In this document: positions 9,924 to 20,069 of the stretch, piece by piece
Layout: every line of letters begins with the position of its first letter
How positions within the stretch are numbered: the stretch's first letter is position 1
DNA from: a virus
Taxonomy: Duplodnaviria; Caudoviricetes
Virus record (IMG/VR): IMGVR_UViG_3300044638_006148
Coordinates: 1 to 63,296 of that record
Length of the DNA: 63,296 bases
Strand: one strand, 5' to 3'
Made by a program: the position numbers and the translations under genes
The notes under the pieces: generated by a model
Told to the model about the DNA's origin: nothing
Databases searched by the model: none
Seen by the model: only the letters and a program-made list of their open reading frames with translations

Positions 9924-10729
9924 TAAGCATTTTCAGATTGATATTTTATGGATCTGTCGTCCGTGAAAAAATACTCTCTTTTTGCGGTTTGAATCCAAAA
10001 CTTTACCTCATCTTCAACCATTTTACTCTCCCCAAATTTATAATTCCAAAAAATAGAACCTTCTCTAAGGTTTACGTGTTTGTAACCAAGTCTTGGAATT
10101 GTCATAACTGAAACTGAGTTATATGTTAATCGTAATAGGAACTCATAAATAAAAGTCAATTTAATTGATGGTTTGAAACCTCCAAAATCTTCAATAATGG
10201 ATTTTTTGAATACTGAACCAGCAGTTTGAAAGTTTTGATATTCTTGTAACGTATCGTTAGTTAAAATGCCCATCTCTTGTGAAAAATTTGCGGCAAACGT
10301 AGCTTCATTTGTAAAACCTGCAAATAATCCTTTTTCATCCGTTTCAACGACAACAGGTAAGAACATTTGGACTTCAGGAAATGATTCAACATATTTTTTA
10401 ACATTCTTGAACCATATTGATGAATATTCGTCATCAAATTCAAAAAGAGAAACCCAAGTTCCTTTCGCATTTTTTATTCCAAAATTTACTTGACTAGCGT
10501 AGTTTGGTTCTTTGTCCCACAATAACTTCGTTACATTCAAATCCCCAAAATCATATGAATCCAATATGTCAATTAAAGATTGTTCTTGTGAATGAACAAT
10601 TACTAGTTCTTCAAATCCGATTTGTTGATTTTTTAAAGATAAAATTGCTTTTTCAAAAAACTCATCAAAATCTTTCGCTTTGGAAGATTTTATTGGTAGT
10701 ATTACTGATAATGATAGTGTATTATTCAT
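9923..10729 (-). CDS. GT2-like (GT-A) glycosyltransferase
   Basis: LSVILP; VNFGIKNAKGTWVSLFEFDD (DxD equivalent). Confidence 0.8.
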   Translation of the reverse strand: MNNTLSLSVILPIKSSKAKDFDEFFEKAILSLKNQQIGFEELVIVHSQEQSLIDILDSYDFGDLNVTKLLWDKEPNYASQVNFGIKNAKGTWVSLFEFDDEYSSIWFKNVKKYVESFPEVQMFLPVVVETDEKGLFAGFTNEATFAANFSQEMGILTNDTLQEYQNFQTAGSVFKKSIIEDFGGFKPSIKLTFIYEFLLRLTYNSVSVMTIPRLGYKHVNLREGSIFWNYKFGESKMVEDEVKFWIQTAKREYFFTDDRSIKYQSENA

Positions 10730-10730
10730 A

Positions 10731-11783
10731 TTATTCTTCTGTTTTGGAAATTTGATTTTCGAATGAATCCGCCCTTGTAGTCAAATATCCTTCAAATAAA
10801 GAAACTACTGTCGATTCAAACTTTTGTTTATCCGTGTATCTTTCAACGGTTTCCTTCATTTTTTCAAAAATTAGGGGGTCGATATTATCTTCCAACCAAT
10901 TTTGTGCATAATCCGCGACCAAATCAGGTAATAGAGTTTGGTCTGTAACCCAAATACCATTTTCTTCACTCATCCAATCAGGAGATAGGTTTGGAACCTT
11001 TCCAATTACAGGTACATTTGATTTCATAGATTCCAATGGGAATGTACCGAACGCACTGTGATCGTCAATCCAAATACTTAAAAAACAATCTCTCAATGAA
11101 TTTGCAAATTCTTTTTCAGACAAACCCCTCAAGTCTCTGAAGGTGAACCATCTATATTGTGGAAATTTCAAATAGAATGTTTTTATCAGATTGACAGCAT
11201 CACTCTGTTCTTTTGAATGAACTCCAATGATTGGCATTGCCGGAGTCGGTTTAGGTGTAAATTCTTCACTGATTAATGGGTCAATGATGTCAAAAGAAAT
11301 TTGTCTCATAACCCTTTCAATATATTCTTTTTGTTTACTAGAGGTTGTAATACATTTCAAAAAACCAAATTGGTTCCATGTTTGGCCTGGTTGCAGTGTT
11401 TCTAACATATGTGCATATTGTTGGGTTAAAACAATTTTAGCACAAGGTAGTTGTTTTACTTGTTCCATTACATAACCAAAAATTTCAGGAATGACTAAAA
11501 AATCTTCTGGAGAAATTTCTAAATTTTGTCCCTCAATTGCTCTGTGAGGTATTGACATATACTCTTCATCTAACCAGGCTACGACACCTGCATAATCAGC
11601 TTTTTCATGAAGTATAGTTGGATTAAATCCATTATCTTTTAATGTTTTTGCCATTTGATATATGAGTCTCACTGAAGCTTTAGCATTACCTTTAGTATCT
11701 TGTACTAAAAAATATATTCTAGCCTGCTTGTCTCTTAATATCTGAATGGACTGTTTTACTTTTTCTTGAAGTTGGTTTTCCAT
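10731..11783 (-). CDS. GT-B fold (GT4-like) glycosyltransferase
   Basis: VIPE motif; SAFGTFPLESMKSNVPVIG donor-binding motif. Confidence 0.75.
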   Translation of the reverse strand: MENQLQEKVKQSIQILRDKQARIYFLVQDTKGNAKASVRLIYQMAKTLKDNGFNPTILHEKADYAGVVAWLDEEYMSIPHRAIEGQNLEISPEDFLVIPEIFGYVMEQVKQLPCAKIVLTQQYAHMLETLQPGQTWNQFGFLKCITTSSKQKEYIERVMRQISFDIIDPLISEEFTPKPTPAMPIIGVHSKEQSDAVNLIKTFYLKFPQYRWFTFRDLRGLSEKEFANSLRDCFLSIWIDDHSAFGTFPLESMKSNVPVIGKVPNLSPDWMSEENGIWVTDQTLLPDLVADYAQNWLEDNIDPLIFEKMKETVERYTDKQKFESTVVSLFEGYLTTRADSFENQISKTEE

Positions 11784-11784
11784 A

Positions 11785-12069
11785 TTAATAATGATTGATA
11801 AGTTTTTTATTTAATAAACTATTGAACGCCAACCTAAAAGGTATACTAACTTGTGCGTTAGATTTCATTCCAAGTTTTTCGTCAACAATTTCTTGTTCGT
11901 TCAAAACGGTATCTAATAACATTTTAACCATTTCGAACTTTATAATATTAATTTTTGTTTCTGTCACTCCTGATTCTGAATCATCACTATCATCGTCTTG
12001 ATTCATATCAAGGTAATTTTCAATTTCATCTAAGTCGATAAAATAATTCTCACCTAATACTTGTATCAT
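11785..12069 (-). CDS. Hypothetical acidic protein
   Basis: 94 aa ORF overlapping the neighbouring gene by ATGA. Confidence 0.75.
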   Translation of the reverse strand: MIQVLGENYFIDLDEIENYLDMNQDDDSDDSESGVTETKINIIKFEMVKMLLDTVLNEQEIVDEKLGMKSNAQVSIPFRLAFNSLLNKKLINHY

Positions 12070-12665
12070 ATTATTTCTTGTATTTTTGTTTTTAACTCCT
12101 TAAGACTTGAAATATGAAAATCGGATTCAACATCATTATTATAAGTTGTATTGAATTTAATTACAATTTTGTTTTTAGGATGATTCAATAATAGTTTAGG
12201 ATTTGCAGTAAGTAAAATGTCTACGGAATCCCATAATGAATTAATTGTACTTTCACTATAAAATTTAATCGATTCGATTAAACATCCAAATTTTGAAATA
12301 AAGAATAGTGAAGCTGGTTTTGATTTCCCAATTTCATCTGAAACAATTATAATATCATGAGAATCTCTCATGTCCAAGTAAAATTCATTCAAATCCAAAA
12401 GACCTGAGGGTTCCACAGAACCAGCGTGCCCAAAAATTTCCATTGTATGTTCCTTATAAATAAAATCATATAATTCATCCTCATTTTTGAATTTTAAGTG
12501 TCTCAAAATATCTAAAGATGTTAAATCGGATATAACTTCATACTCAAAGTTATCTTCTTCATTTTCCTCTTTGAATGGATTGTTAAGAAACCATTTTTCG
12601 TATTCTTGTTGTATTTTTTTGAGAGTATCTCTTAATACTCCATTCAGTTCAATTCCAATTCTCAT
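12066..12665 (-). CDS. HAD-fold 5'(3')-deoxyribonucleotidase-like protein with degenerate motif I
   Basis: MRIGIELNGVLRD versus canonical RIGIDxDGVL.D; C-terminal F..TYN motif. Confidence 0.6.
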   Translation of the reverse strand: MRIGIELNGVLRDTLKKIQQEYEKWFLNNPFKEENEEDNFEYEVISDLTSLDILRHLKFKNEDELYDFIYKEHTMEIFGHAGSVEPSGLLDLNEFYLDMRDSHDIIIVSDEIGKSKPASLFFISKFGCLIESIKFYSESTINSLWDSVDILLTANPKLLLNHPKNKIVIKFNTTYNNDVESDFHISSLKELKTKIQEII

Positions 12666-13396
12666 TCTTCGTATTTTTTTAATATTTTAGATATTAATGG
12701 ATTTCTCACAATATCTGTAGATTTAAATTCAAAAACTCCAATGTCATCCATATTTTGAAATTTTTTCAAAGCATCCCACAAACCAGTTTGAGTCTTGTCC
12801 TTATGTCTATCAAATTGTTCCAAATCGCCCGATATGAAAAACTTAGAATTGAATCCAATTCTTGTTAGTAACAATTTCATCTGACTTGGAGTTGAGTTTT
12901 GAGATTCTTCAAAAATCAAAATAGAATTGTCAATATTCATTCCCCTCATATAAGCTAACGCAAATACTTCTATTGCTTCGATTTCTTTTAATTTTTCTCT
13001 GGTATCCTTACCGATTATTTTATTCAATAGATAGTATGAAGGAAAAATATATGGGTCAAGTTTTTCTTCTACACCACCAGGTAAACTACCTAGTTTTTCT
13101 TCAGCCTCCACGGCTGGTCTTACAATTATAATTTTTTCATAAGGTGTGTTAGGGTCGGATAATAAATCGACCGCACATTTCATAGCAATATAACTTTTTC
13201 CAACACCGGCCGGACCTGAACAAATACTAATTTGGTTGTTAACTAATTTTTCGTAGTATTCTTTTTGACTCTCAGATAAAAATTTTTCTTTTGTTTTTCT
13301 TTTAATTATTGAACAGATTTGTTGTTTTTTATTTTTAATTGGTGCTTCTTCACTTGTTAAAGTTGCCGTTGGTTTTGGTTTTGTTAATCTAGCCAT
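12662..13396 (-). CDS. phoH: PhoH-like ATPase
   Basis: GPAGVGKS, RPAVEAEEKLGSLPG, AYMRG, EESQN, GDLEQ.D, DIVRNPLI. Confidence 0.95.
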   Translation of the reverse strand: MARLTKPKPTATLTSEEAPIKNKKQQICSIIKRKTKEKFLSESQKEYYEKLVNNQISICSGPAGVGKSYIAMKCAVDLLSDPNTPYEKIIIVRPAVEAEEKLGSLPGGVEEKLDPYIFPSYYLLNKIIGKDTREKLKEIEAIEVFALAYMRGMNIDNSILIFEESQNSTPSQMKLLLTRIGFNSKFFISGDLEQFDRHKDKTQTGLWDALKKFQNMDDIGVFEFKSTDIVRNPLISKILKKYEE

Positions 13397-13424
13397 TTTT
13401 TGTAATTTAATCTTAGTTTGAGAT

Positions 13425-13805
13425 TTAGTAAGGTTTATAATCTTTCACTTCTCTAATTTTTGAAAATGTAATTAAGTTAATTTCATTCTTTAACCTAAAT
13501 CTTTCATCATTTGTATAATAAACCTTCCTTGACAATTCAATGAATTCCTCATCGAATTTTTTCTCTGATTCGAAGACTCTTAATTTATCCTCAACATCCC
13601 AAAGGGCTGAATTTACTTCTATTAATGAATCATACAGAGACTTTACTCCATTAAGTTGTAAATAAACCTCAGATTCATTATACAATAATTCGTATTCTTC
13701 GGAAACATATTTTAATCCTTCAGGGTTTGTAATTTTTAATTTTTTTACTTGTAAAATTGATAATTTATCAATCAATTCTCCAACACTTACAGGTACTTGT
13801 AACAT
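13425..13805 (-). CDS. DUF6165-like protein
   Basis: PVSVGELIDKLSIL, VN..LWDVEDKLR, VY.TND.R..LK.EIN. Confidence 0.75.
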   Translation of the reverse strand: MLQVPVSVGELIDKLSILQVKKLKITNPEGLKYVSEEYELLYNESEVYLQLNGVKSLYDSLIEVNSALWDVEDKLRVFESEKKFDEEFIELSRKVYYTNDERFRLKNEINLITFSKIREVKDYKPY

Positions 13806-13810
13806 ACTTT

Positions 13811-14791
13811 TTATTTTTTGTTATAAACTTTTATCCAATGTTCTATCATTTCATTAAGCATACTTTCGAAAGAATATTCGGGTTCCCATCCTGTGAGTTG
13901 TCTTAACTTAGTAGAATCCCCCTTCAAATCTTTAAGTTCTTCAGGTCTTAAATATTTTTCATCTAATTTGACCCAATCTTTCCAGTCTAGTCCAAGTTTT
14001 TCGAAAACATATAAACATAAATCACCTACGGAATGAGATATTCCAGTTGAACATACGAAATCATCAGGATTATCTTGTTGTAATATCATCCACATGGCTT
14101 TAACATAATCCTTAGCATGTCCCCAATCTCTCGTAGCTTCTAAATTACCTAGATTTAAACTATTTGATAGACCAAGTTTGATTTTAACTGCTTCCTTACA
14201 AACTTTATTAGTAACAAAATTTGTACCTCGTCTAGGTGATTCGTGGTTAAACAATATGCCATTAGAAATGAACATGTTATAAGAATTTCTGTAATTTCTT
14301 GAAATATTATAACTAAAAACTTTTGCGCATCCATATGGTGATACTGGATGTAGTGGGGTAGTCTCTCTTTGAAATCCGTCATCATCTATACTATTACCAA
14401 ACATTTCAGATGATGATGCTTGGTATATTTTGATTGATGGGTTAATTAACCTAACCGCTTCTAATAAATTTAGGGTACCTAAACCTGTTACATTTGCGGT
14501 ATAAATTGGTTGGTCGAATGAAATCCTGACGTGTGATTGAGCGGCTAAGTTATAAATTTCATCGGGTTCGGTATTTTTTACTACTGAAATTAAAGACGAG
14601 AGGTCAGTTAAATCCGCATAATGTAAAATAATTTTATGGTAGATTTGGTCTAATCTTGCAGTTTGATTTTCTGAGACTGAGTTTCTTTTTAATGTACCAT
14701 GTACTTCATAACCCTTATCGAGTAAAAACTCGGCCAAATAAGAACCATCTTGTCCGTTAATTCCAGTTATTAATGCAATTTTTTTTGACAT
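13811..14791 (-). CDS. gmd: GDP-mannose 4,6-dehydratase
   Basis: ALITGINGQDGSYLAE, NLAAQSHV, QASSSE, SPYGCAK, LFNHESPRRG, RDWGHAKDY. Confidence 0.97.
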   Translation of the reverse strand: MSKKIALITGINGQDGSYLAEFLLDKGYEVHGTLKRNSVSENQTARLDQIYHKIILHYADLTDLSSLISVVKNTEPDEIYNLAAQSHVRISFDQPIYTANVTGLGTLNLLEAVRLINPSIKIYQASSSEMFGNSIDDDGFQRETTPLHPVSPYGCAKVFSYNISRNYRNSYNMFISNGILFNHESPRRGTNFVTNKVCKEAVKIKLGLSNSLNLGNLEATRDWGHAKDYVKAMWMILQQDNPDDFVCSTGISHSVGDLCLYVFEKLGLDWKDWVKLDEKYLRPEELKDLKGDSTKLRQLTGWEPEYSFESMLNEMIEHWIKVYNKK

Positions 14792-14792
14792 A

Positions 14793-15608
14793 TTAATTTA
14801 TTTTTTTTTCTCTTATTGTTTTAATGATATATTCCGCATTAGCTTCGGGACTTAAATATTTTTTATAATAATTTAAATTTTGTTCGTATTTTTCATCAAT
14901 ATCTGATGATAATATATTACTAATAAATTCTTCAGTAACTTCAGACCAATCATCAATAAAAATCGCTGTGCTATTTTCGTAGAACCAAGAATTAATTCTT
15001 TCTTTTGTTACTACAATACACCCAGAACCAAGAGCTTCATTATATCTAAAAGTTTCAGGACTATATCCATTTGGTACTAAACATATTTTGGAATTTGATA
15101 ATTTATCATAATAGTCTTGAATTGATAATCCAGTTCTAAATCCATCGGTAAAAGTTATATCATATTTGTCTGACAAATGATTTATTGATTCATAAAATTC
15201 AAGTCTAAATGATTTATTACCGATAAAAAAAACATCATTGGTTCTTTCAGATAATTTATTACCTTTGTTAGGGTAAATTCCATATTGACCACTTGAATTA
15301 AACCCAAGATTAATTGGGAATATTTTTTTGTAATCGCAATTTTCTTGTAAATAAACTCTAAATATAATATCAAAAAAATCATAATATTTAGGGGAGTATG
15401 TAACTTCATTACTAGTATGGAATGCCATTTTATAATTCGTGTCATTTTTAATTTTTTCACCAAAATCAACTCCTTCAATTATATCTAAATCCGGATGAAT
15501 AAAATATAGACTATAATTGTCATCAAATTCTTTTAATAATTGTTCTTCAATTAGTTGTACATAACTAAGCTCACTATAATGTCCTGGTAATTTATTTTGT
15601 ATAATCAT
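14793..15608 (-). CDS. Exostosin/GT47-like GT-B glycosyltransferase
   Basis: DVFFIG; LSNSKICLVPNG..PETFRYNEAL..GC. Confidence 0.65.
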   Translation of the reverse strand: MIIQNKLPGHYSELSYVQLIEEQLLKEFDDNYSLYFIHPDLDIIEGVDFGEKIKNDTNYKMAFHTSNEVTYSPKYYDFFDIIFRVYLQENCDYKKIFPINLGFNSSGQYGIYPNKGNKLSERTNDVFFIGNKSFRLEFYESINHLSDKYDITFTDGFRTGLSIQDYYDKLSNSKICLVPNGYSPETFRYNEALGSGCIVVTKERINSWFYENSTAIFIDDWSEVTEEFISNILSSDIDEKYEQNLNYYKKYLSPEANAEYIIKTIREKKIN

Positions 15609-15613
15609 AATTT

Positions 15614-16390
15614 TTAATTTAATCTTGTGTATTTTAGATTTGAGTTTGAAAAAACCGCAAATGCTGACAAATTAGACATAGTACAAATTAATTTTTTTGT
15701 CATACCTAAAGTATATGCTCCAAAAACAATCTCTTGTATGTGTGTTTTAATTGACTCTTCGTCATTTTGTAAATTAAAAAATGGTTTGTCCTCAACTTTT
15801 GATGTTGTTAATTCATCAAAAGTGATTAATTTATTTCCATATCTTTGTTTAAATTTATTTAAATCATTAAGATTATCGGACATTAAAAATATATTTTCAA
15901 ATTCTTCTTTTTCTAATATCTCAAAAATTGTTGATAAATCTATTGTTGATAAATTATGTACAACAGACATATCAGTTGCTCTTCTATGAAAACCTATGGT
16001 TTTTGTAAAATCAATTTGAGGATGTCTCGATTCAAATAATTTATTCATTTCATCATTTAATATGAAATTTTCTTTAATAATAGACTCACACATTTTTAAA
16101 TTTTCTTCTGTAAATGTAGTCCGATCGTAAGCATTCAATGGGGTAATATAATTAACCAATTCAATGTTAGAATATTCATGAGTGTTTAAAAGATAATCTT
16201 CTTTATCTTGAATAAAACATGCGTCATAAATATTTTGACTACCATATCCATTAATGTTTGTCAAATCATAATAGACCTTTACTTTCTCATTTGGGTGATT
16301 TAATAATACATTGTGTATATGAATAACCCCTTCAGTTATGTATGAAAAATACCCTCTATGTCCTCTAACTGGTTTAAAAAACTTTAACAT
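15614..16390 (-). CDS. NodZ/GT23-like or O-fucosyltransferase-fold glycosyltransferase
   Basis: RGYFS; IGFHRRATD (HxRxTD); IFLMSD; SNLS. Confidence 0.65.
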   Translation of the reverse strand: MLKFFKPVRGHRGYFSYITEGVIHIHNVLLNHPNEKVKVYYDLTNINGYGSQNIYDACFIQDKEDYLLNTHEYSNIELVNYITPLNAYDRTTFTEENLKMCESIIKENFILNDEMNKLFESRHPQIDFTKTIGFHRRATDMSVVHNLSTIDLSTIFEILEKEEFENIFLMSDNLNDLNKFKQRYGNKLITFDELTTSKVEDKPFFNLQNDEESIKTHIQEIVFGAYTLGMTKKLICTMSNLSAFAVFSNSNLKYTRLN

Positions 16391-16404
16391 TTTCTCGTAA
16401 TATT

Positions 16405-17565
16405 TTAATATTTTAATAAGATTTCACAAATTCTATCAATATCATCTTTAGTCATTTTATCGTGGTTAGGAACATAAATTCCTCTTTCATCCACAATTGT
16501 ACAATTTGGTAGTAAAGTTTCTCCATACAATTTTTTATAAAATGGTTGCGAACCCATAGACCCTGAAATTAAAGGTCTACATGAAATATTATTATCTGTC
16601 AATTCTTTTATTAATCTTTCTTTGTCTTCTGAAGTTTTTGTAATTACAGGAATTGCAAAATTGGAAGTATAACTATCATCGATAGTTGTGGGGAACCAAA
16701 TTTTTCCATCAAGTTTTGACTTGTAATATAAAAAATTTATATATCTATTATTAATCATCCCATCAACTTTGTCCAATTGTTTAATCCCTATTTGTGCCTG
16801 TAAATCAGTGCTTCTGAGATTAAATCCTGGAACGTAGAATGTATATAATGCTGAGAAATCATTAACACCCCATTTTTCCCTCAATTCTTTTTGTGCTTCG
16901 GTTGATAAATCTCTATCCCATCCATGACTCCTAAGTTGAAGTAAAGTATTATACACTTCGTCATCATTTGTTGAAATTATACCTCCCTCTATAGTTGACA
17001 TGGTATGACCGAAGTATGTCGAAAAAGAAGACATTAATCCAAAGTTCCCAAGTTTTTTTTGTTTGAATTTAGTCCCCTGAGATTCACAATTATCTTCGAG
17101 AAGAATTACATCATATTTTTCACATAGATTTACAATCGATTCCATGTCTGGAGATAAGCCCAATACTGATACTAAAATTAATACAGAAGGGTTTTCTGTT
17201 TGAAATACCTGCTCTAAGTGATTCAAATCCACAGACAAGTTATCTAAATTACAGTCAATTAATAATGGTTCTAAATCGAATTGAAGAACAGGAGATAAGT
17301 CTGTTACCCAACATAATGAAGGTACACAGACTTTATTATTTTTCATTTTATTAAGTATCTTTAATGTATATAACATTAATAGATTTGCTGAGGATCCAGA
17401 ATTAACAAATACTGAATATTTTGTACCTAACCACTGAGCCCATTTATTTTCAAATTCGATTGTTTTTGAACCCTTAGTTAATCGTGGGTATGTTTTTAAC
17501 CACTCTATTAGATTATCGATATCTTGATTATCAATAGTATCTTGTATCAAATCAATTTTTTTCAT
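16405..17565 (-). CDS. colD: PLP enzyme, ColD-like GDP-4-keto-6-deoxymannose 3-dehydratase (DegT/DnrJ family)
   Basis: VNSGSSANLLM, LLEDNCES, SSFSTYFGHTMSTIEGG with His at the Schiff-base Lys position, LRSHGWDR, PGFNLR. Confidence 0.75.
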   Translation of the reverse strand: MKKIDLIQDTIDNQDIDNLIEWLKTYPRLTKGSKTIEFENKWAQWLGTKYSVFVNSGSSANLLMLYTLKILNKMKNNKVCVPSLCWVTDLSPVLQFDLEPLLIDCNLDNLSVDLNHLEQVFQTENPSVLILVSVLGLSPDMESIVNLCEKYDVILLEDNCESQGTKFKQKKLGNFGLMSSFSTYFGHTMSTIEGGIISTNDDEVYNTLLQLRSHGWDRDLSTEAQKELREKWGVNDFSALYTFYVPGFNLRSTDLQAQIGIKQLDKVDGMINNRYINFLYYKSKLDGKIWFPTTIDDSYTSNFAIPVITKTSEDKERLIKELTDNNISCRPLISGSMGSQPFYKKLYGETLLPNCTIVDERGIYVPNHDKMTKDDIDRICEILLKY

Positions 17566-18485
17566 TTTCTTAATATATTATAATGTTTAATAAACCAATC
17601 TATAGTTTCGTTAATTCCATCTTTAATGTCGACGAATTCATAATTTTTTGGTATATCTGATTTTGCAGGTTTTCTGAATTGACCTCTTGGTTTTGTTTCA
17701 TCAAAAATTAAATTATTTTCAGGAATTTCAAATTTTTTAGAAACAATTTTTATAATATCCATTACAGAATGTTCAGTTTCATTAACTGCCATAAATGGTA
17801 TATCTTTGTTCCAGTTATCAATTGCCCATAAAATATTTTTTGCCAAATCTTTTGAGTGAATGAATTGTCTCAAAGGACTTCCATCCCCCCAAATTACTAA
17901 GTCTTCACTATTTTGTTTGCAATTATATGCCCTGTGAATAATCCCTGGTATCATGTGGCTGTGGTCGGGATGGAAATTATCGTGAGTACCATACACATTT
18001 GTTGGAACGACTGTAATCCAATTATTACCTGTTAAATGTCTAATAATTTTTGTTTGGTACCCTGAAAGTCTTTTAGCGTAAGAATATCCATGATTGGATG
18101 GATGAGGGGGTGCAATGTCTATTTGGTCCGCAGTCAATGGGTATGTAATACATGAATCAGGAAAAATACAAGTTGATGATAAATTTACGAAATTCTTTAC
18201 CTTGTTTTCAAATGATGAATTAATAACGTTATTGTTAATTTTATAATTTTCAATGAAAAAAGTTTCGTTATTGGTTGAATTTGCTTGTACACCACCAACT
18301 TTTGCAGCACAGTGTATGATAGTATCAACACCTGAATTTTTTACATGATGTGTAATATATTCATTAGTTAATTTTTCGTCTAATAAATCAACATCTTTCC
18401 TCGTGTGGTATATGTGATTATCACCTAATAATTCTTTTAATGCGGTCCCAAGTAAACCATTAGACCCAGTAATTAAGACTTTCAT
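17562..18485 (-). CDS. fcl: GDP-L-fucose synthase / GDP-colitose synthase (ColC)-like epimerase-reductase
   Basis: TGSNGLLG, HCAAKVGG, SSTCIFP, YSYAKR, PTNVYG..DNF...SH, WGDGSPLRQF. Confidence 0.9.
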   Translation of the reverse strand: MKVLITGSNGLLGTALKELLGDNHIYHTRKDVDLLDEKLTNEYITHHVKNSGVDTIIHCAAKVGGVQANSTNNETFFIENYKINNNVINSSFENKVKNFVNLSSTCIFPDSCITYPLTADQIDIAPPHPSNHGYSYAKRLSGYQTKIIRHLTGNNWITVVPTNVYGTHDNFHPDHSHMIPGIIHRAYNCKQNSEDLVIWGDGSPLRQFIHSKDLAKNILWAIDNWNKDIPFMAVNETEHSVMDIIKIVSKKFEIPENNLIFDETKPRGQFRKPAKSDIPKNYEFVDIKDGINETIDWFIKHYNILRK

Positions 18486-19264
18486 AATTTAATCCATTTA
18501 TCGCAATATAAGTCCTTAGTGTTAAAATGTGAATAATAAGTACCAAACCATTTTAATGGGGCTATTACTTGTTTAGTTTCATTGTTGTTTAACCAAGCTC
18601 CCCACCAACTAAAAGTTGAATTGGCAATTATATTATTTTTGCACATTGACATTAAATACATGTCTTCATAATCCGTGTTATTTGAAATAAATGTTTTGTT
18701 TTCAACAAATTTAAAGTTTTCTTCACACCACTTAATATCATCTGAAAAAAATACAAAATGTTTGTTATCACCAATAATTTTAATTGCATCTTCATAATAA
18801 CTTATTAACTGAGTTGGATGGTGGTTTGGGAGACCCACATAATCCCCCCTTCTGATATGAATTGAACATGTATCTTTATTCAAAATTTCTCCATACATAT
18901 CCAATAGTTTGATTTTAGTTGCTTCATCAACTTCAAATAAATTCAAAATTTCTTTTTTGTGGTCAATAAAATATTTCTCACTTTGGAAGTGTCCGATTAA
19001 TTTGATATTACCATCTAATTTTGGGAGAGGAGTATAATGAAAACCTCCCTCACCCATATGTTGGAAGTTATTTAACTTCTCCGAAAAATTAATTTTTCTA
19101 AAGATATTAGTTGTGTAATTGGAGTATGGTTTATGGGGTATCATCATATCTTTAGTGTCGCAAACAAATTCTTTACTATCTCTAAGTGATATGCTATAAG
19201 CAGTTGCAATTTGAAACATCATGTTTCCTAAACCACCCATTAATCTAGTTGATACTATTTCCAT
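18482..19264 (-). CDS. GT11 alpha-1,2-fucosyl/colitosyltransferase
   Basis: GGLGNMMFQ, FQSEKYF, HIRRGDY, FSDDIKWC, IIANSTFSWWGAWL. Confidence 0.92.
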   Translation of the reverse strand: MEIVSTRLMGGLGNMMFQIATAYSISLRDSKEFVCDTKDMMIPHKPYSNYTTNIFRKINFSEKLNNFQHMGEGGFHYTPLPKLDGNIKLIGHFQSEKYFIDHKKEILNLFEVDEATKIKLLDMYGEILNKDTCSIHIRRGDYVGLPNHHPTQLISYYEDAIKIIGDNKHFVFFSDDIKWCEENFKFVENKTFISNNTDYEDMYLMSMCKNNIIANSTFSWWGAWLNNNETKQVIAPLKWFGTYYSHFNTKDLYCDKWIKL

Positions 19265-19268
19265 AAAT

Positions 19269-20069
19269 TTAATTTTTTTCTAAAAATTTAGTAACTTCGT
19301 ATTCTATTCTTTTTCTGAAATCGTGGTAGTTAAAAGACGTTTCATAGTTAGCCTCAACATATTCTAATTTTTCTTGATATGTTTCAGGTGTGATTTTATT
19401 ACAAACCTCCACCATTTCTTCAAGCGACTTTACGTGAAAAATACCTCTAATATCAAAAAATTCCTGAATGTTATTACACCCGATATAGATAGGGATTGTC
19501 TTAGTTTGAAAACAATCAATTAATTTTTCCGTAAACCAATTATCATGAGTAACATTCTCAATTACAATATGAAATTGCGAATAAAATAATTCGTTCTTCC
19601 AAAGGTTGGTGCTCATTTTTCTTAAATCTGAAGATTGGGAGAACGGGGTATTAATACTGTTAAATAAATGAACTGGAATTGAGGTAATTAATTTGCTTTT
19701 TTCTTGAATGGAATGTCTTAATCTATGACCCTCGCATTGTGATTTACCTCCAACTAATGACGTAATACAATATTCTTTTTGACTTGGAAATTCAAAATCT
19801 TTGACCCAAGTTGTTCCATATGGGAATAGTTTTGAATTTGGGCAATTTGATAATATCTCTTTATCCCACGTCAGGATTAAATCAAACTTCTGATGGTTGT
19901 TAATTGCGGATTGTCTAAATCCAGAAACTTCATTGGGCTCAAGTACCCAAAGTATTCTTGTTGATTGTTTAGGGGTGTTTGGTATCATGTCAACAAATAG
20001 TTCACAAAATTTTTCTGTTTGAAATGAAACGTCCAAACCAAAACTGGAAATTACTGATAAATTATACAT
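19269..20069 (-). CDS. GT10 alpha-1,3/4-fucosyltransferase-like
   Basis: FHIVIEN....WFTEKLIDCF...TIPIYIG, the GT10 signature. Confidence 0.8.
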   Translation of the reverse strand: MYNLSVISSFGLDVSFQTEKFCELFVDMIPNTPKQSTRILWVLEPNEVSGFRQSAINNHQKFDLILTWDKEILSNCPNSKLFPYGTTWVKDFEFPSQKEYCITSLVGGKSQCEGHRLRHSIQEKSKLITSIPVHLFNSINTPFSQSSDLRKMSTNLWKNELFYSQFHIVIENVTHDNWFTEKLIDCFQTKTIPIYIGCNNIQEFFDIRGIFHVKSLEEMVEVCNKITPETYQEKLEYVEANYETSFNYHDFRKRIEYEVTKFLEKN

